In this document: positions 1 through 8,946 of the stretch, in pieces
How the letters are laid out: every line of letters begins with the position of its first letter
Numbering within the stretch: position 1 is the first letter of the stretch
Virus record (IMG/VR): IMGVR_UViG_3300027754_000042
Length of the DNA stretch: 64,000 bases
Source: a virus
Direction: 5' to 3' (one strand)
Notes under the pieces: model-generated
The model's input: only the letters and a program-made list of their open reading frames with translations
What the model was told of the DNA's origin: nothing
Database searches by the model: none
Program-made: the position numbers and the translations under genes

Positions 1-1197
1 GCTAAAGAATTTGCACATTCGCTCGGGCTTCCGTTCGAACCCCACGATCATCAACTACGCGCATTTGCTCTTGCTGTTAGGAACAAACGCTGTGTTTTGG
101 TTTCTCCTACTGGTTCTGGTAAATCACTTATCATCTATCTTTTGACGAGGTACTATGACTGCCGTACTCTTATTATTGTGCCAACTATTTCTTTGGTGCA
201 CCAGTTGTATTCTGATTTTGCCGACTATGGTTTTGTATCTGATGAGTTCGTTCACCGAATTTTTGGAGGGCAAGACAAACAAACAGATAAACCAGTTGTT
301 ATCTCAACCTGGCAATCCGTTTACGAAATGGATAAAAGATTTTTCGAATCTTTTGAGTTGATTGTCGGTGACGAAGCACATCTGTTCAAAGCACAGAGCC
401 TTACTAAGATTATGACGTCCATGGTCAATACTCAGTATCGCTTTGGTCTCACGGGTACGCTTGATGGCTCACAGGTCAATGAATTGGTACTCGAAGGTCT
501 GTTTGGTCCAGCAACCAAGATCATCTCCTCACGCGAACTAATGGATAAAGGCACACTTGCTGATTTGAAAATCAAAGTTCTGGTGTTGAATCATCCTGTT
601 GCAGAAGCAAAGAAACTAAAAGGTGGTACATATCAAGATGAAATTGCACACATTATTTCTTTTGAACCTCGCAATAAATTCATTCGTAATCTTGCTGTAT
701 CTCTCGCGGGGAATACACTGATCCTTTATTCATATGTTGAAAAGCACGGTGCTATTTTGTATGATATGATCGGTGAGAAAGCAGGCAATCGCAAGGTGTT
801 TTTCGTTCACGGTGGCGTTGATGGTGAAGAGCGTGAGGCCATCCGCGCTATCGTTGAGAAGGAAAAAGATGCTATCATCGTTGCGTCCTACGGCACCTTT
901 AGTACAGGCATAAATATCAAGAACCTACATAATGTCATATTCGCAAGCCCAACTAAAAGCCGCGTTAGAACTATGCAATCAGTCGGGCGCGGCTTGCGCG
1001 TATCGGATACCAAAGACAGTATGACACTATTTGATATTGCAGACAATCTTACTATCGGCAATAATAAGAACTTCACATTGAACCACCTTATTGAACGTGT
1101 GAAGATGTACAACTCTGAGGGGTTTGCATATGAAATGCACACCATCAAACTAAAGGAGAGTTCTAATGACCGAAGTGTATTATTTGAAGATGAATAA
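1..1197 (+). CDS. uvsW: UvsW-like SF2 DNA helicase (5' end outside window)
   Basis: Frame open from base 1; SPTGSGKS Walker A, DEAH, GLTGT, QSVGRGLR motifs; upstream of gp55. Confidence 0.93.
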   Translation, partial: AKEFAHSLGLPFEPHDHQLRAFALAVRNKRCVLVSPTGSGKSLIIYLLTRYYDCRTLIIVPTISLVHQLYSDFADYGFVSDEFVHRIFGGQDKQTDKPVVISTWQSVYEMDKRFFESFELIVGDEAHLFKAQSLTKIMTSMVNTQYRFGLTGTLDGSQVNELVLEGLFGPATKIISSRELMDKGTLADLKIKVLVLNHPVAEAKKLKGGTYQDEIAHIISFEPRNKFIRNLAVSLAGNTLILYSYVEKHGAILYDMIGEKAGNRKVFFVHGGVDGEEREAIRAIVEKEKDAIIVASYGTFSTGINIKNLHNVIFASPTKSRVRTMQSVGRGLRVSDTKDSMTLFDIADNLTIGNNKNFTLNHLIERVKMYNSEGFAYEMHTIKLKESSNDRSVLFEDE

Positions 1198-1528
1198 CGG
1201 TGATGATCTCCTATGCACCTACGAAGGTGAGGACGAGGATTGTCTTTATGTTTGTCAGCCATTCGTCGTTGATGCCACACCAAATCTTGACACTGGCATA
1301 TTGACAACAACTATAATGCGTTGGATTCCATTTGATTCGCTCATGGAAACCAAAATAACTATTGACAAATGCAACGTAATGGTGTATTCTCAAGTAGAAT
1401 TAGATATCGCAGAACGCTACCAACGCACCCTTATTATGCTGGAAGAGAAGCGTAAGTATGAAGCGCGCCAAGAAATGATTCGCGATATGGCCGAATCTGC
1501 AAATGGCATTAGCTTATCAATCCACTAG
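1166..1528 (+). CDS. conserved T4-like hypothetical protein (Sm-like fold likely)
   Basis: LKMNNGDDLL start typical of the ORF between uvsW and gp55; SD AAGGAG. Confidence 0.65.
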   Translation: MTEVYYLKMNNGDDLLCTYEGEDEDCLYVCQPFVVDATPNLDTGILTTTIMRWIPFDSLMETKITIDKCNVMVYSQVELDIAERYQRTLIMLEEKRKYEARQEMIRDMAESANGISLSIH

Positions 1529-1537
1529 GAGTATATT

Positions 1538-2128
1538 ATGACTGAAGAATTAGCGCCAATTACCTATGCCAAACCACCTAAGAAGAAAAAGCATTATGTG
1601 AATAATGTCGATTTGTTTGATGCCTTGGTAATTCATAGAGTTAAGGTGCAAGAGGCTAAGGAATCTGGTAAGCAATTGCCTCGCATCCCGCATTATATCG
1701 GCGAAGCGATTATGAAGATTGCGACACACCTTGCGTACAAGCCAAACTTCTCAAACTACACATTCCGCGAGGAAATGATTTCAGATGGCATCGAGAATTG
1801 CCTGCTGTATCTGAATAACTTTGACCCTGCGAAATCTAAGAACCCATTCGCATACTTCACACAGATTATTTACTTTGCATTCCTTCGCCGTATTCAGCGT
1901 GAGAAGCGTCACCTATATACCAAGTATGCAGCCATCGAGCAAGCAAACATTATGGGTGCTACATCTGAAAATCAAGGCGGTGATATTAGGTCTTATGATA
2001 CGGACATCAAGTATGGTGAGTGGTCACAAGAACAGATGGAACGCTTTATGAAAGACTTTGAAGATTCCAGCATTGCTAAGAAAGCTAAGGCGGCTGAAAC
2101 TAAAGAAGCGAAGGTGAATCCACAATGA
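1538..2128 (+). CDS. gp55: late-transcription sigma factor gp55
   Basis: HYVNN, NFSNYTFREEMISDGIENC, NPFAYFTQIIYFAFLRRI. Confidence 0.95.
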   Translation: MTEELAPITYAKPPKKKKHYVNNVDLFDALVIHRVKVQEAKESGKQLPRIPHYIGEAIMKIATHLAYKPNFSNYTFREEMISDGIENCLLYLNNFDPAKSKNPFAYFTQIIYFAFLRRIQREKRHLYTKYAAIEQANIMGATSENQGGDIRSYDTDIKYGEWSQEQMERFMKDFEDSSIAKKAKAAETKEAKVNPQ

Positions 2129-3183
2129 AGATTGCACTTATCACTGATACGCACTGGGGTGTGCGTAATGACAATTCCACATTTCTCGACAACAACAAGA
2201 AATTCTTAGATGACATTTTCTTTCCGTATCTCGATACTCATGGCATTGACACTGTTATCCATCTCGGTGATTTGGTTGACCGTCGTAAATATCTTAATAT
2301 CAATACAGCTAAGCGACTACGAGAAGATTTTATTAGACCGCTACACCAAAGAGAAATCCGCCCTCATCTTATCATCGGAAATCACGATACCTATTTCAAA
2401 AATACCAACTCTGTAAATTCAATCAGAGAAATCTATGGAAATGATTTCTGTATCTATGAGTCCGCTAGAGAGGTAAAAGTTGATGGCGTTCCAATTCTTT
2501 TCATTCCATGGATCTGCGATGATAACCGCGATGAAACGCTACAGCTTATCAGCACAACAAACGCTCAAATCTGCATGGGCCACCTCGAGCTTGCAGGTTT
2601 TGAAATGTATCGAGGTAGTCCAGTCAGCCATGGAGATGATCGTGGTTTGTTTGGTAGGTTCGACATGGTACTTAGCGGTCATTATCATCACAGGTCTTCT
2701 GCTGGGAACATTCACTACCTTGGTAGCCATGCTGAGTTTACTTGGAGCGACTACGATGACCCCAAAGGATTCCATATCCTTGATACGGAAACTCGTGAAC
2801 TGGCGTTTATAGAAAACCCATTCAAGATGTTCCGCAAAATGTGGTACAATGACAAAGACATTACCACCGAAGCTTTGCTTGACAGAGACTTTTCAAAATA
2901 CGCAGGTGCGTATGTGAAGCTTATCGTGCAGGGTAAAGATAATCCTTTCGCGTTCGATTTGTTTACCACGAAACTTTATGAAGCCAATCCTATCGAAGTG
3001 GTAATCGTTGAAGACCATCGCAACATGGACACCATTGACGAGAATGACCTATTGAACGAGGCCGAAGATACCCTTACGATTTTGTCTAAGTATATTGGCA
3101 CACTAGAAACAAGCGTTGACACAAAAGAGCTTGACAATCTAATGCATTCTCTATACAATGAAGCAATGAAAATGGAAGTTTGA
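2125..3183 (+). CDS. gp47: recombination endonuclease subunit gp47 (Mre11/SbcD-like)
   Basis: DTHWG, HLGDL, GNHD, SGHYH phosphoesterase motifs. Confidence 0.95.
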   Translation: MKIALITDTHWGVRNDNSTFLDNNKKFLDDIFFPYLDTHGIDTVIHLGDLVDRRKYLNINTAKRLREDFIRPLHQREIRPHLIIGNHDTYFKNTNSVNSIREIYGNDFCIYESAREVKVDGVPILFIPWICDDNRDETLQLISTTNAQICMGHLELAGFEMYRGSPVSHGDDRGLFGRFDMVLSGHYHHRSSAGNIHYLGSHAEFTWSDYDDPKGFHILDTETRELAFIENPFKMFRKMWYNDKDITTEALLDRDFSKYAGAYVKLIVQGKDNPFAFDLFTTKLYEANPIEVVIVEDHRNMDTIDENDLLNEAEDTLTILSKYIGTLETSVDTKELDNLMHSLYNEAMKMEV

Positions 3184-4892
3184 TGATACATTTTACATCC
3201 GTTCGTTGGAAGAATTTTCTATCCACTGGCAACGCCTTCACAGAGATTTCACTAGATGCCAATCCATCAACGCTCATTGTTGGTGAGAATGGTGCTGGTA
3301 AATCTACTGTGTTGGATGCATTGTGCTTTTCATTGTATGGTAAGCCATTTCGTAAGATCAAAAAGGATCAGCTAGTCAACTCGGTCAATGGCCGAGATGT
3401 TATCGTTGAAGTTGAGTTTACTATTGGTGATAAGCAATATCTAATTCGGCGTGGTATCAAGCCAGCTATCTTTGAAATCATAGAGAATGGCAAGCTCCTA
3501 GATCAGGAAGCTGCTGCGCGTGATTATCAAGAGATGCTTGAGAAGAATATTCTGCGGTTGACAATGAAGTCCTTCACGCAGGTTGTCATTCTTGGTTCGT
3601 CATCGTTCGTACCATTCATGCAGCTATCAACTAACAATCGCCGTGAGGTCATTGAAGACCTGTTGGACATCCGTGTGTTCTCGTCAATGGCCTTGCTATT
3701 GAAGGATCGCGTCACGGGTGCGCGTGAGAACTACAATCTAAACGAACGCGATATGACATCCACATCCGATTCCGTTCTTGTCCAAGAAAAGCTTCGCAAG
3801 CAGCAAGAGGATCATAAGGGTGAAAAAATCCAAGAGCGCCGTGAGCGCATTGCTGAGCTGGAACAAGCTATTGATAGTGCGATGGTCAATGCACAGGAAG
3901 AGCAAGAAACTATCGCACAGCTAACCGAGTCTACAGATGACCACGATTCTGTGATTGAGAGGCAACGCAAGCTCCTCGCGTTAGAGAAAAGCTTGACACT
4001 AAAGAAGACTAACGCAAAGAAGTCAATCGCATTCTACCACGATAACAATGAGTGCCCAACATGCACACAGGATATCGACCAAGCAATCAAGTGTGAGAAG
4101 ATAGATGAAAAAGAAAAAACAATTGCAGAGATCGAAGCTGCGCTCACTAAGCTATCTGGAGAAATTGCAACATGCGAAGCTCGTAGAGAAGCGATTGAGC
4201 GAGTACTTCGGCAAATCCATAAACATCAATCGAGCCTCAATAGCATCCAAGCCGATGTTCGCACAAGCCAAAAAGAAATCTCTATCTGGCAAAAAGAAAT
4301 TGAAGGCCTCGAGAAAGAGACCGTCATTACCAGTCACGACGAAATCATCAAAGACCTACAAGAGAAATATAGCAATCTCTTGGAACGCAAAAAGCATCTA
4401 CTTGCACAGAGAGAAATGCACGATCTGGCAGGAATAATTCTGCGCGACTCAGGTATCAAGTCTCGAATCATCAAGCAATATGTGCCCGTTATCAATACGC
4501 TTGTCAACAAGTACCTTGCTGCTATGGATTTCTTTGTCAAGTTCGAACTAAACGAGCAATTTGAAGAAAAGATTTTGTCACGCCATCGCGATGATTTCAC
4601 ATACGATTCATTTAGCGAAGGCGAAAAAATGCGTATCGACCTTTCGCTATTGTTTACATGGCGTTCCATCGCTCGTATGAAGAATAGCGTCAACACCAAT
4701 CTACTTATCCTCGATGAGGTTTTTGATGCCTCGCTTGATGCTAACGGTTGTGACGAGTTTCTGAAGCTTATACATAATGTGGAAGACACCAACATCTTCG
4801 TCATCTCTCATAAGGGCGATGTTCTACAAGATAAGTTCACAAGCACACTCCGATTCACAAAACAGAAAAACTTTAGTAGGATGATATCATGA
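3180..4892 (+). CDS. gp46: recombination ATPase gp46 (Rad50/SbcC-like)
   Basis: GENGAGKS, CPTC zinc hook, coiled coil, FSEGE signature, ILDEVFD. Confidence 0.96.
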   Translation: MMIHFTSVRWKNFLSTGNAFTEISLDANPSTLIVGENGAGKSTVLDALCFSLYGKPFRKIKKDQLVNSVNGRDVIVEVEFTIGDKQYLIRRGIKPAIFEIIENGKLLDQEAAARDYQEMLEKNILRLTMKSFTQVVILGSSSFVPFMQLSTNNRREVIEDLLDIRVFSSMALLLKDRVTGARENYNLNERDMTSTSDSVLVQEKLRKQQEDHKGEKIQERRERIAELEQAIDSAMVNAQEEQETIAQLTESTDDHDSVIERQRKLLALEKSLTLKKTNAKKSIAFYHDNNECPTCTQDIDQAIKCEKIDEKEKTIAEIEAALTKLSGEIATCEARREAIERVLRQIHKHQSSLNSIQADVRTSQKEISIWQKEIEGLEKETVITSHDEIIKDLQEKYSNLLERKKHLLAQREMHDLAGIILRDSGIKSRIIKQYVPVINTLVNKYLAAMDFFVKFELNEQFEEKILSRHRDDFTYDSFSEGEKMRIDLSLLFTWRSIARMKNSVNTNLLILDEVFDASLDANGCDEFLKLIHNVEDTNIFVISHKGDVLQDKFTSTLRFTKQKNFSRMIS

Positions 4893-5416
4893 TTATTCCG
4901 GGCAACGATCCACGTTTGAAGCAAGTGTGTAAGCCATTCAATTTTGATGTTGGCTACACAATGGAAGATGGTAGCATCCTCTCAGCCGAGAAGCTTTTCT
5001 ATCTTCTCAAAGAACAGATGATTGCTAACAAAGGTGTAGGTTTGTCTGCTTGTCAGATTGGCATTATGACACGCGCATTTGTTATTGGCAACTTTACCGA
5101 CCCCGATAGTGTGATTTCTGTTTTCAATCCGCGCATCGTAACAATGAATGATGATACTGTTGTGTATGAAGAGGGTTGCATTTCATACCCTGGTTTGTTT
5201 ATGAAAGTGAAGCGCCCCAAAGAGTTTGAGGTTCGTTTCTCTGGTTGGGATGGCGTTGCTGGTACCACGATGTTCAAGGGCTACACAGCCAGAGTATTTC
5301 TCCATGAGCTAGACCATCTCGATGGCATTACCTTTCAAAGTAAGGCTAGTCGTTTTCATTTGGAACAAGCTATCAATCAATTAAAGAAAATGAATAGAAT
5401 AAAGAAACATGCATAG
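4889..5416 (+). CDS. def: peptide deformylase
   Basis: GVGLSACQIG, EGCIS, HELDH motifs. Confidence 0.95.
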   Translation: MIIPGNDPRLKQVCKPFNFDVGYTMEDGSILSAEKLFYLLKEQMIANKGVGLSACQIGIMTRAFVIGNFTDPDSVISVFNPRIVTMNDDTVVYEEGCISYPGLFMKVKRPKEFEVRFSGWDGVAGTTMFKGYTARVFLHELDHLDGITFQSKASRFHLEQAINQLKKMNRIKKHA

Positions 5417-5423
5417 AAAACGC

Positions 5424-5452
5424 TTGACAAACTCTTCAAATCTGTTTATAAT
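5424..5452 (+). promoter_or_regulatory. sigma70-type early promoter for the DNA-modification pair
   Basis: TTGACA-N17-TATAAT, perfect consensus. Confidence 0.85.
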
Positions 5453-5466
5453 GCAAATAATAGAGA

Positions 5467-6762
5467 TTGGACAAAACATTGACAAAATATATTCCATACA
5501 CAGTTGACGATATCAAAAAGTCTTCAGCCCGAGAGCTATTCACCGTCGTATCCACTTTTGCTGGTGGTGGTGGTTCATCAACTGGCTATCGCATCGCCGG
5601 CGGTAAAGTTATTGCCATGAATGAATTTGTAGAAGAAGCCATAAAAACATATTCAACAAATTTTCCAGATACCAAGATTATCCCAGGCGATATCAAAAAG
5701 CTTACTGGGCTTGATTTTCTTCGTGAAGCAAATCTCAAGCCTGGTGAACTTGATATCTTCGATGGGTCACCTCCTTGCTCCGCGTTCTCTGTTGCTGGTA
5801 AACGAGAGAAGCAATGGAAGGGTGCTATAAAGAAAACCGATAGCTCGTTTGAGATTGACGAATATGGTGAGCTAGAATTCGTCGAGGGTGAGACGTTTAC
5901 GAAAACAGGCATCAAAACTTATAGTGATGGTATGGTTGTTGAAGCTATTGAAGATTTATTCCTAGAGTTCGTTCGCATCGCAAAAGATATCAAGCCTAAG
6001 GTTATCGTTGCAGAAAACGTCAAGGGTATCACAATGGGCGAAGCGCGCAAGAAGCTTGTAGAGTTTCAGAACGCATTTGAAAACATTGAACCTGGTTATG
6101 TTGTCACGCATCACGTTTTGAGCGCCGCAAATTATGGAGTTCCGCAAGCGCGTGAGAGACTGTTCTTTGTCTGTGTGCGTAGTGATGTTGCTAGTGTGAT
6201 CGGTATGAACTGGATGAATGCCGAGACAATGACAAAGCCACCCGAAACAACTCCTATCATTCGTTCTGGTGGGCGTCGTCTAAGCGAGAATAGTCAACAC
6301 ATCTCATTGCGCGAAGCAATTGAAGATATCGAAAATGATCCTGAAGAAATCCAGATGCTTAAGGATTATGTGATGGGTGGCTTTCAAAAAGATTGGATCA
6401 CGAAGCTTCCATTTAATCCCAAGCGTCATACCAAGCCGAGCGATACTGAGTATCGGTCATGGAATCCTACAGGTTCATGTTTCAATATGATTCGCCCTTG
6501 CCCAGAACTTCCATGCCCTACTCTAACGCAGAGAGGGCAACAGCTTTCTGTGTCTGGTGTGTTTCATTACGCAGAGAATAGAAAGTTTACCATCAAAGAG
6601 TTGAAACGAATCATGAGTCTTCCAGAAGACTACATATTGTCTGGAAACTTTGATAAGCAAGCAGAACGAATCGGGCGCATGGTTGCTCCTAAAATGATGG
6701 GTGCGCTTGCGTCTAACATCTACAATAAAATATTGAAACCCTATAAGGAAGCTACACAATGA
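5467..6762 (+). CDS. C5 cytosine DNA methyltransferase family enzyme, probable carboxymethyltransferase (start uncertain)
   Basis: Motif I FAGGGG, IV GSPPC, VI ENV, VIII PQARERLF; motif X reads IGRMV rather than IGNAV. Confidence 0.9.
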   Translation: MDKTLTKYIPYTVDDIKKSSARELFTVVSTFAGGGGSSTGYRIAGGKVIAMNEFVEEAIKTYSTNFPDTKIIPGDIKKLTGLDFLREANLKPGELDIFDGSPPCSAFSVAGKREKQWKGAIKKTDSSFEIDEYGELEFVEGETFTKTGIKTYSDGMVVEAIEDLFLEFVRIAKDIKPKVIVAENVKGITMGEARKKLVEFQNAFENIEPGYVVTHHVLSAANYGVPQARERLFFVCVRSDVASVIGMNWMNAETMTKPPETTPIIRSGGRRLSENSQHISLREAIEDIENDPEEIQMLKDYVMGGFQKDWITKLPFNPKRHTKPSDTEYRSWNPTGSCFNMIRPCPELPCPTLTQRGQQLSVSGVFHYAENRKFTIKELKRIMSLPEDYILSGNFDKQAERIGRMVAPKMMGALASNIYNKILKPYKEATQ

Positions 6763-7451
6763 CAGGTCAGTTCACGTTCGCGACACGCGAAGAAGGCTTT
6801 GATACGCACATCGACACATCCATTCGCGGCTACAGTGATCTGTGGCAAGACGTTGTGGATATCTCCCAGTACTTTGTTGAGAATGATACCAGCGTGGTCG
6901 ATATTGGTTGCTCGACAGGTAAGATGTTAAAGAGTATGATTAACCAGAACACGTTTGCACCTAACGCAATTTATACAGGTCTAGAGATTGAACCTGAGTT
7001 TTGGGGACCATACGATCAGGACGAAAAGGATTTCGACAACCTCACATATCACAAGGGTGATGCTAATGGGTATTATTTCGACAACTGTTCATATGTCACG
7101 TCCATCTTCACACTTCAGTTCATGCCGTACCATGATCGTATGCATCTAATCAGTCGCGTATTCAATGGATTGAACCCTGGTGGTGCTTTTGTCTTCGCGG
7201 AGAAGACGATGCCTGAGAATGTACGAATCCATGAAATTCGCACCTTTACCTATTATGATTACAAGCGCCGCACGTTTACCACCGACGATATCATGGACAA
7301 GGAGCATCAGCTCCGTCATATGACCAAACCAAACACCCGTGGCGAGCTAATCAAGGTCTGTCTAGACGCCGGCTTTCAAGCGGTTGACACCTTCTGGCAG
7401 AACCACGCCTTTACAGGGTTCATTGCGTTGAAGGGAACGACACAAAAGTAA
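6759..7451 (+). CDS. cmoA: CmoA-like carboxy-SAM synthase / SAM-dependent transferase
   Basis: FDTHIDTSIRGY, DIGCSTG, FTLQF, LNPGGAFVFAEK match the CmoA family; ATGA overlap with upstream gene. Confidence 0.8.
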   Translation: MTGQFTFATREEGFDTHIDTSIRGYSDLWQDVVDISQYFVENDTSVVDIGCSTGKMLKSMINQNTFAPNAIYTGLEIEPEFWGPYDQDEKDFDNLTYHKGDANGYYFDNCSYVTSIFTLQFMPYHDRMHLISRVFNGLNPGGAFVFAEKTMPENVRIHEIRTFTYYDYKRRTFTTDDIMDKEHQLRHMTKPNTRGELIKVCLDAGFQAVDTFWQNHAFTGFIALKGTTQK

Positions 7452-7516
7452 CATAAAATGTTTCAAAAATAATTGAAAAAACACCAAAATACCTGAAAAT
7501 AATTGGCAAACAATTT

Positions 7517-7550
7517 CAATGGCTTAGCGGAGATGATCCCTAAGCCATTG
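7517..7550. repeat. 11-bp inverted repeat upstream of early island
   Basis: CAATGGCTTAG-N12-CTAAGCCATTG. Confidence 0.7.
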
Positions 7551-7571
7551 TTTTTGCTTGTTTTTCTAGCC

Positions 7572-7600
7572 TTGACAATGAGGTGGTTCTTTGCTATTAT
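7572..7600 (+). promoter_or_regulatory. sigma70-type early promoter
   Basis: TTGACA-N17-TATTAT with extended -10 TG. Confidence 0.8.
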
Positions 7601-7637
7601 AAGAATATAAGATGAATTGAAAGACGAGAGACACACC

Positions 7638-7844
7638 ATGAGCGTAGCAACAAACCCCAACCGCCGTCAAGCCCTTCGCGAAGCAACCCAAGATGCTATT
7701 GCTCAGTTCATGCAGAACGGCGGCTATGTGACCCGTTGCGAGACTTCTACTGCTAAGGTCAAGACGTTTCGCCACTTTGCTTCCATTGCCTCGCAAGGCC
7801 GCAAATTGACCACCCTCCGCAATGCCGGCTTTGCTTCTCGCTAA
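7638..7844 (+). CDS. small early hypothetical protein
   Basis: ORF directly after promoter. Confidence 0.65.
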   Translation: MSVATNPNRRQALREATQDAIAQFMQNGGYVTRCETSTAKVKTFRHFASIASQGRKLTTLRNAGFASR

Positions 7845-7859
7845 TTGAAAGGTTCAACC

Positions 7860-8207
7860 ATGTTCTCCATTCGCAAGCTCGACCTCTACCTTGCCGCTAT
7901 CCGCGCTGATTATGCCGCTTTCAAGTTCCGCGGCGAACATGCCAACTCTCCTTGGACCGCTGAGATGGTTGATGAATTCAACCGTACCCTGACCTACGAG
8001 ATTGGTAGCCGTTATGTGAAGGTCGTCAAATACGCCGGCACACCCAACGCCTCTGTCCACTCCTTCATTTGCATGAACGATATGGGCAAATTCTGCAAGG
8101 GCGATATCCTGAAGGCCGCAAGCTGGAAGGCTCCCGCTAGGAATCATGCTCGCGGCAATGTAGTGCTCCGCGATTACCCCACCGTCCAATGGACCGGCAT
8201 CATCTGA
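7860..8207 (+). CDS. conserved phage early protein
   Basis: KGDILKAASWKAPA motif recurrent in T4-like phages; SD AAGG. Confidence 0.7.
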   Translation: MFSIRKLDLYLAAIRADYAAFKFRGEHANSPWTAEMVDEFNRTLTYEIGSRYVKVVKYAGTPNASVHSFICMNDMGKFCKGDILKAASWKAPARNHARGNVVLRDYPTVQWTGII

Positions 8208-8221
8208 GAAAGGTTTACACC

Positions 8222-8494
8222 ATGAGAAAAGTCCTTCGCAAGACCGTCCGCGCTTCTACCCTCACCGAGATTGCTAACCGTCTGTTGGCTTCGCCCTCGT
8301 CCACGCGGGATGAGCGGGTCGGTGTTATCGTTCTCTTGGAGTCTTCACTTCTCACCGACGACGCCTACCGTGGCTATAACTACCTTGATGCCGAGCAGAT
8401 TGGCTTTGAAGGTGTGCAGCCCGGCATTCGGCCCGAGCGTGGCGTTACCAACCAGTTTGCCGACACCGACAACACCCGCCGTGTTTACCTCTGA
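8222..8494 (+). CDS. hypothetical protein
   Basis: SD AAAGG, tight packing. Confidence 0.65.
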   Translation: MRKVLRKTVRASTLTEIANRLLASPSSTRDERVGVIVLLESSLLTDDAYRGYNYLDAEQIGFEGVQPGIRPERGVTNQFADTDNTRRVYL

Positions 8495-8504
8495 GGAGAA
8501 TCCT

Positions 8505-8684
8505 ATGACCCAGTTGGAACACAAAATGAACGAGGGTATTGATGCTCTCATCAAGCAACTCGAAGCCGCTAAAGATGGGCAGGGTTTCAAGTCTAAGGCG
8601 TGGGCTGTGGAGAAAGTGGCTGAGGAAGCCAAGAACTACGCCGACTATTGGAACTACAAACTGGACGATTGGGCTTCCGACTGA
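8505..8684 (+). CDS. hypothetical protein
   Basis: SD GAGGAG before ATG. Confidence 0.65.
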   Translation: MTQLEHKMNEGIDALIKQLEAAKDGQGFKSKAWAVEKVAEEAKNYADYWNYKLDDWASD

Positions 8685-8695
8685 GGAGAATTGAG

Positions 8696-8893
8696 ATGGA
8701 CTTTTCTTACGCCGAAATAATGGATCAGATCCGCATGGCTGAAATGACCGGTGATGTTGACGCCGAAGAATATTGGCATGAAATGCTGGAATGTGTCATG
8801 CAAATTGACGCGATTAACGAAGGCGATGATTATGAGGATGATGGTCAGCCATCCGAGATGCAAGAATGGCAAGATTATGACCGAGATTGCTAG
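8696..8893 (+). CDS. acidic hypothetical protein
   Basis: SD GAGGAG; C-terminal DGQPSEMQEWQDYDRDC motif common in phage early proteins. Confidence 0.65.
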   Translation: MDFSYAEIMDQIRMAEMTGDVDAEEYWHEMLECVMQIDAINEGDDYEDDGQPSEMQEWQDYDRDC

Positions 8894-8922
8894 TTGACAA
8901 ACCGCGCGCCATGTGGTACTAT
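8894..8922 (+). promoter_or_regulatory. sigma70-type early promoter
   Basis: TTGACA-N17-TACTAT. Confidence 0.8.
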
Positions 8923-8946
8923 ACATAATGAATTGAGGAGAAGGTA

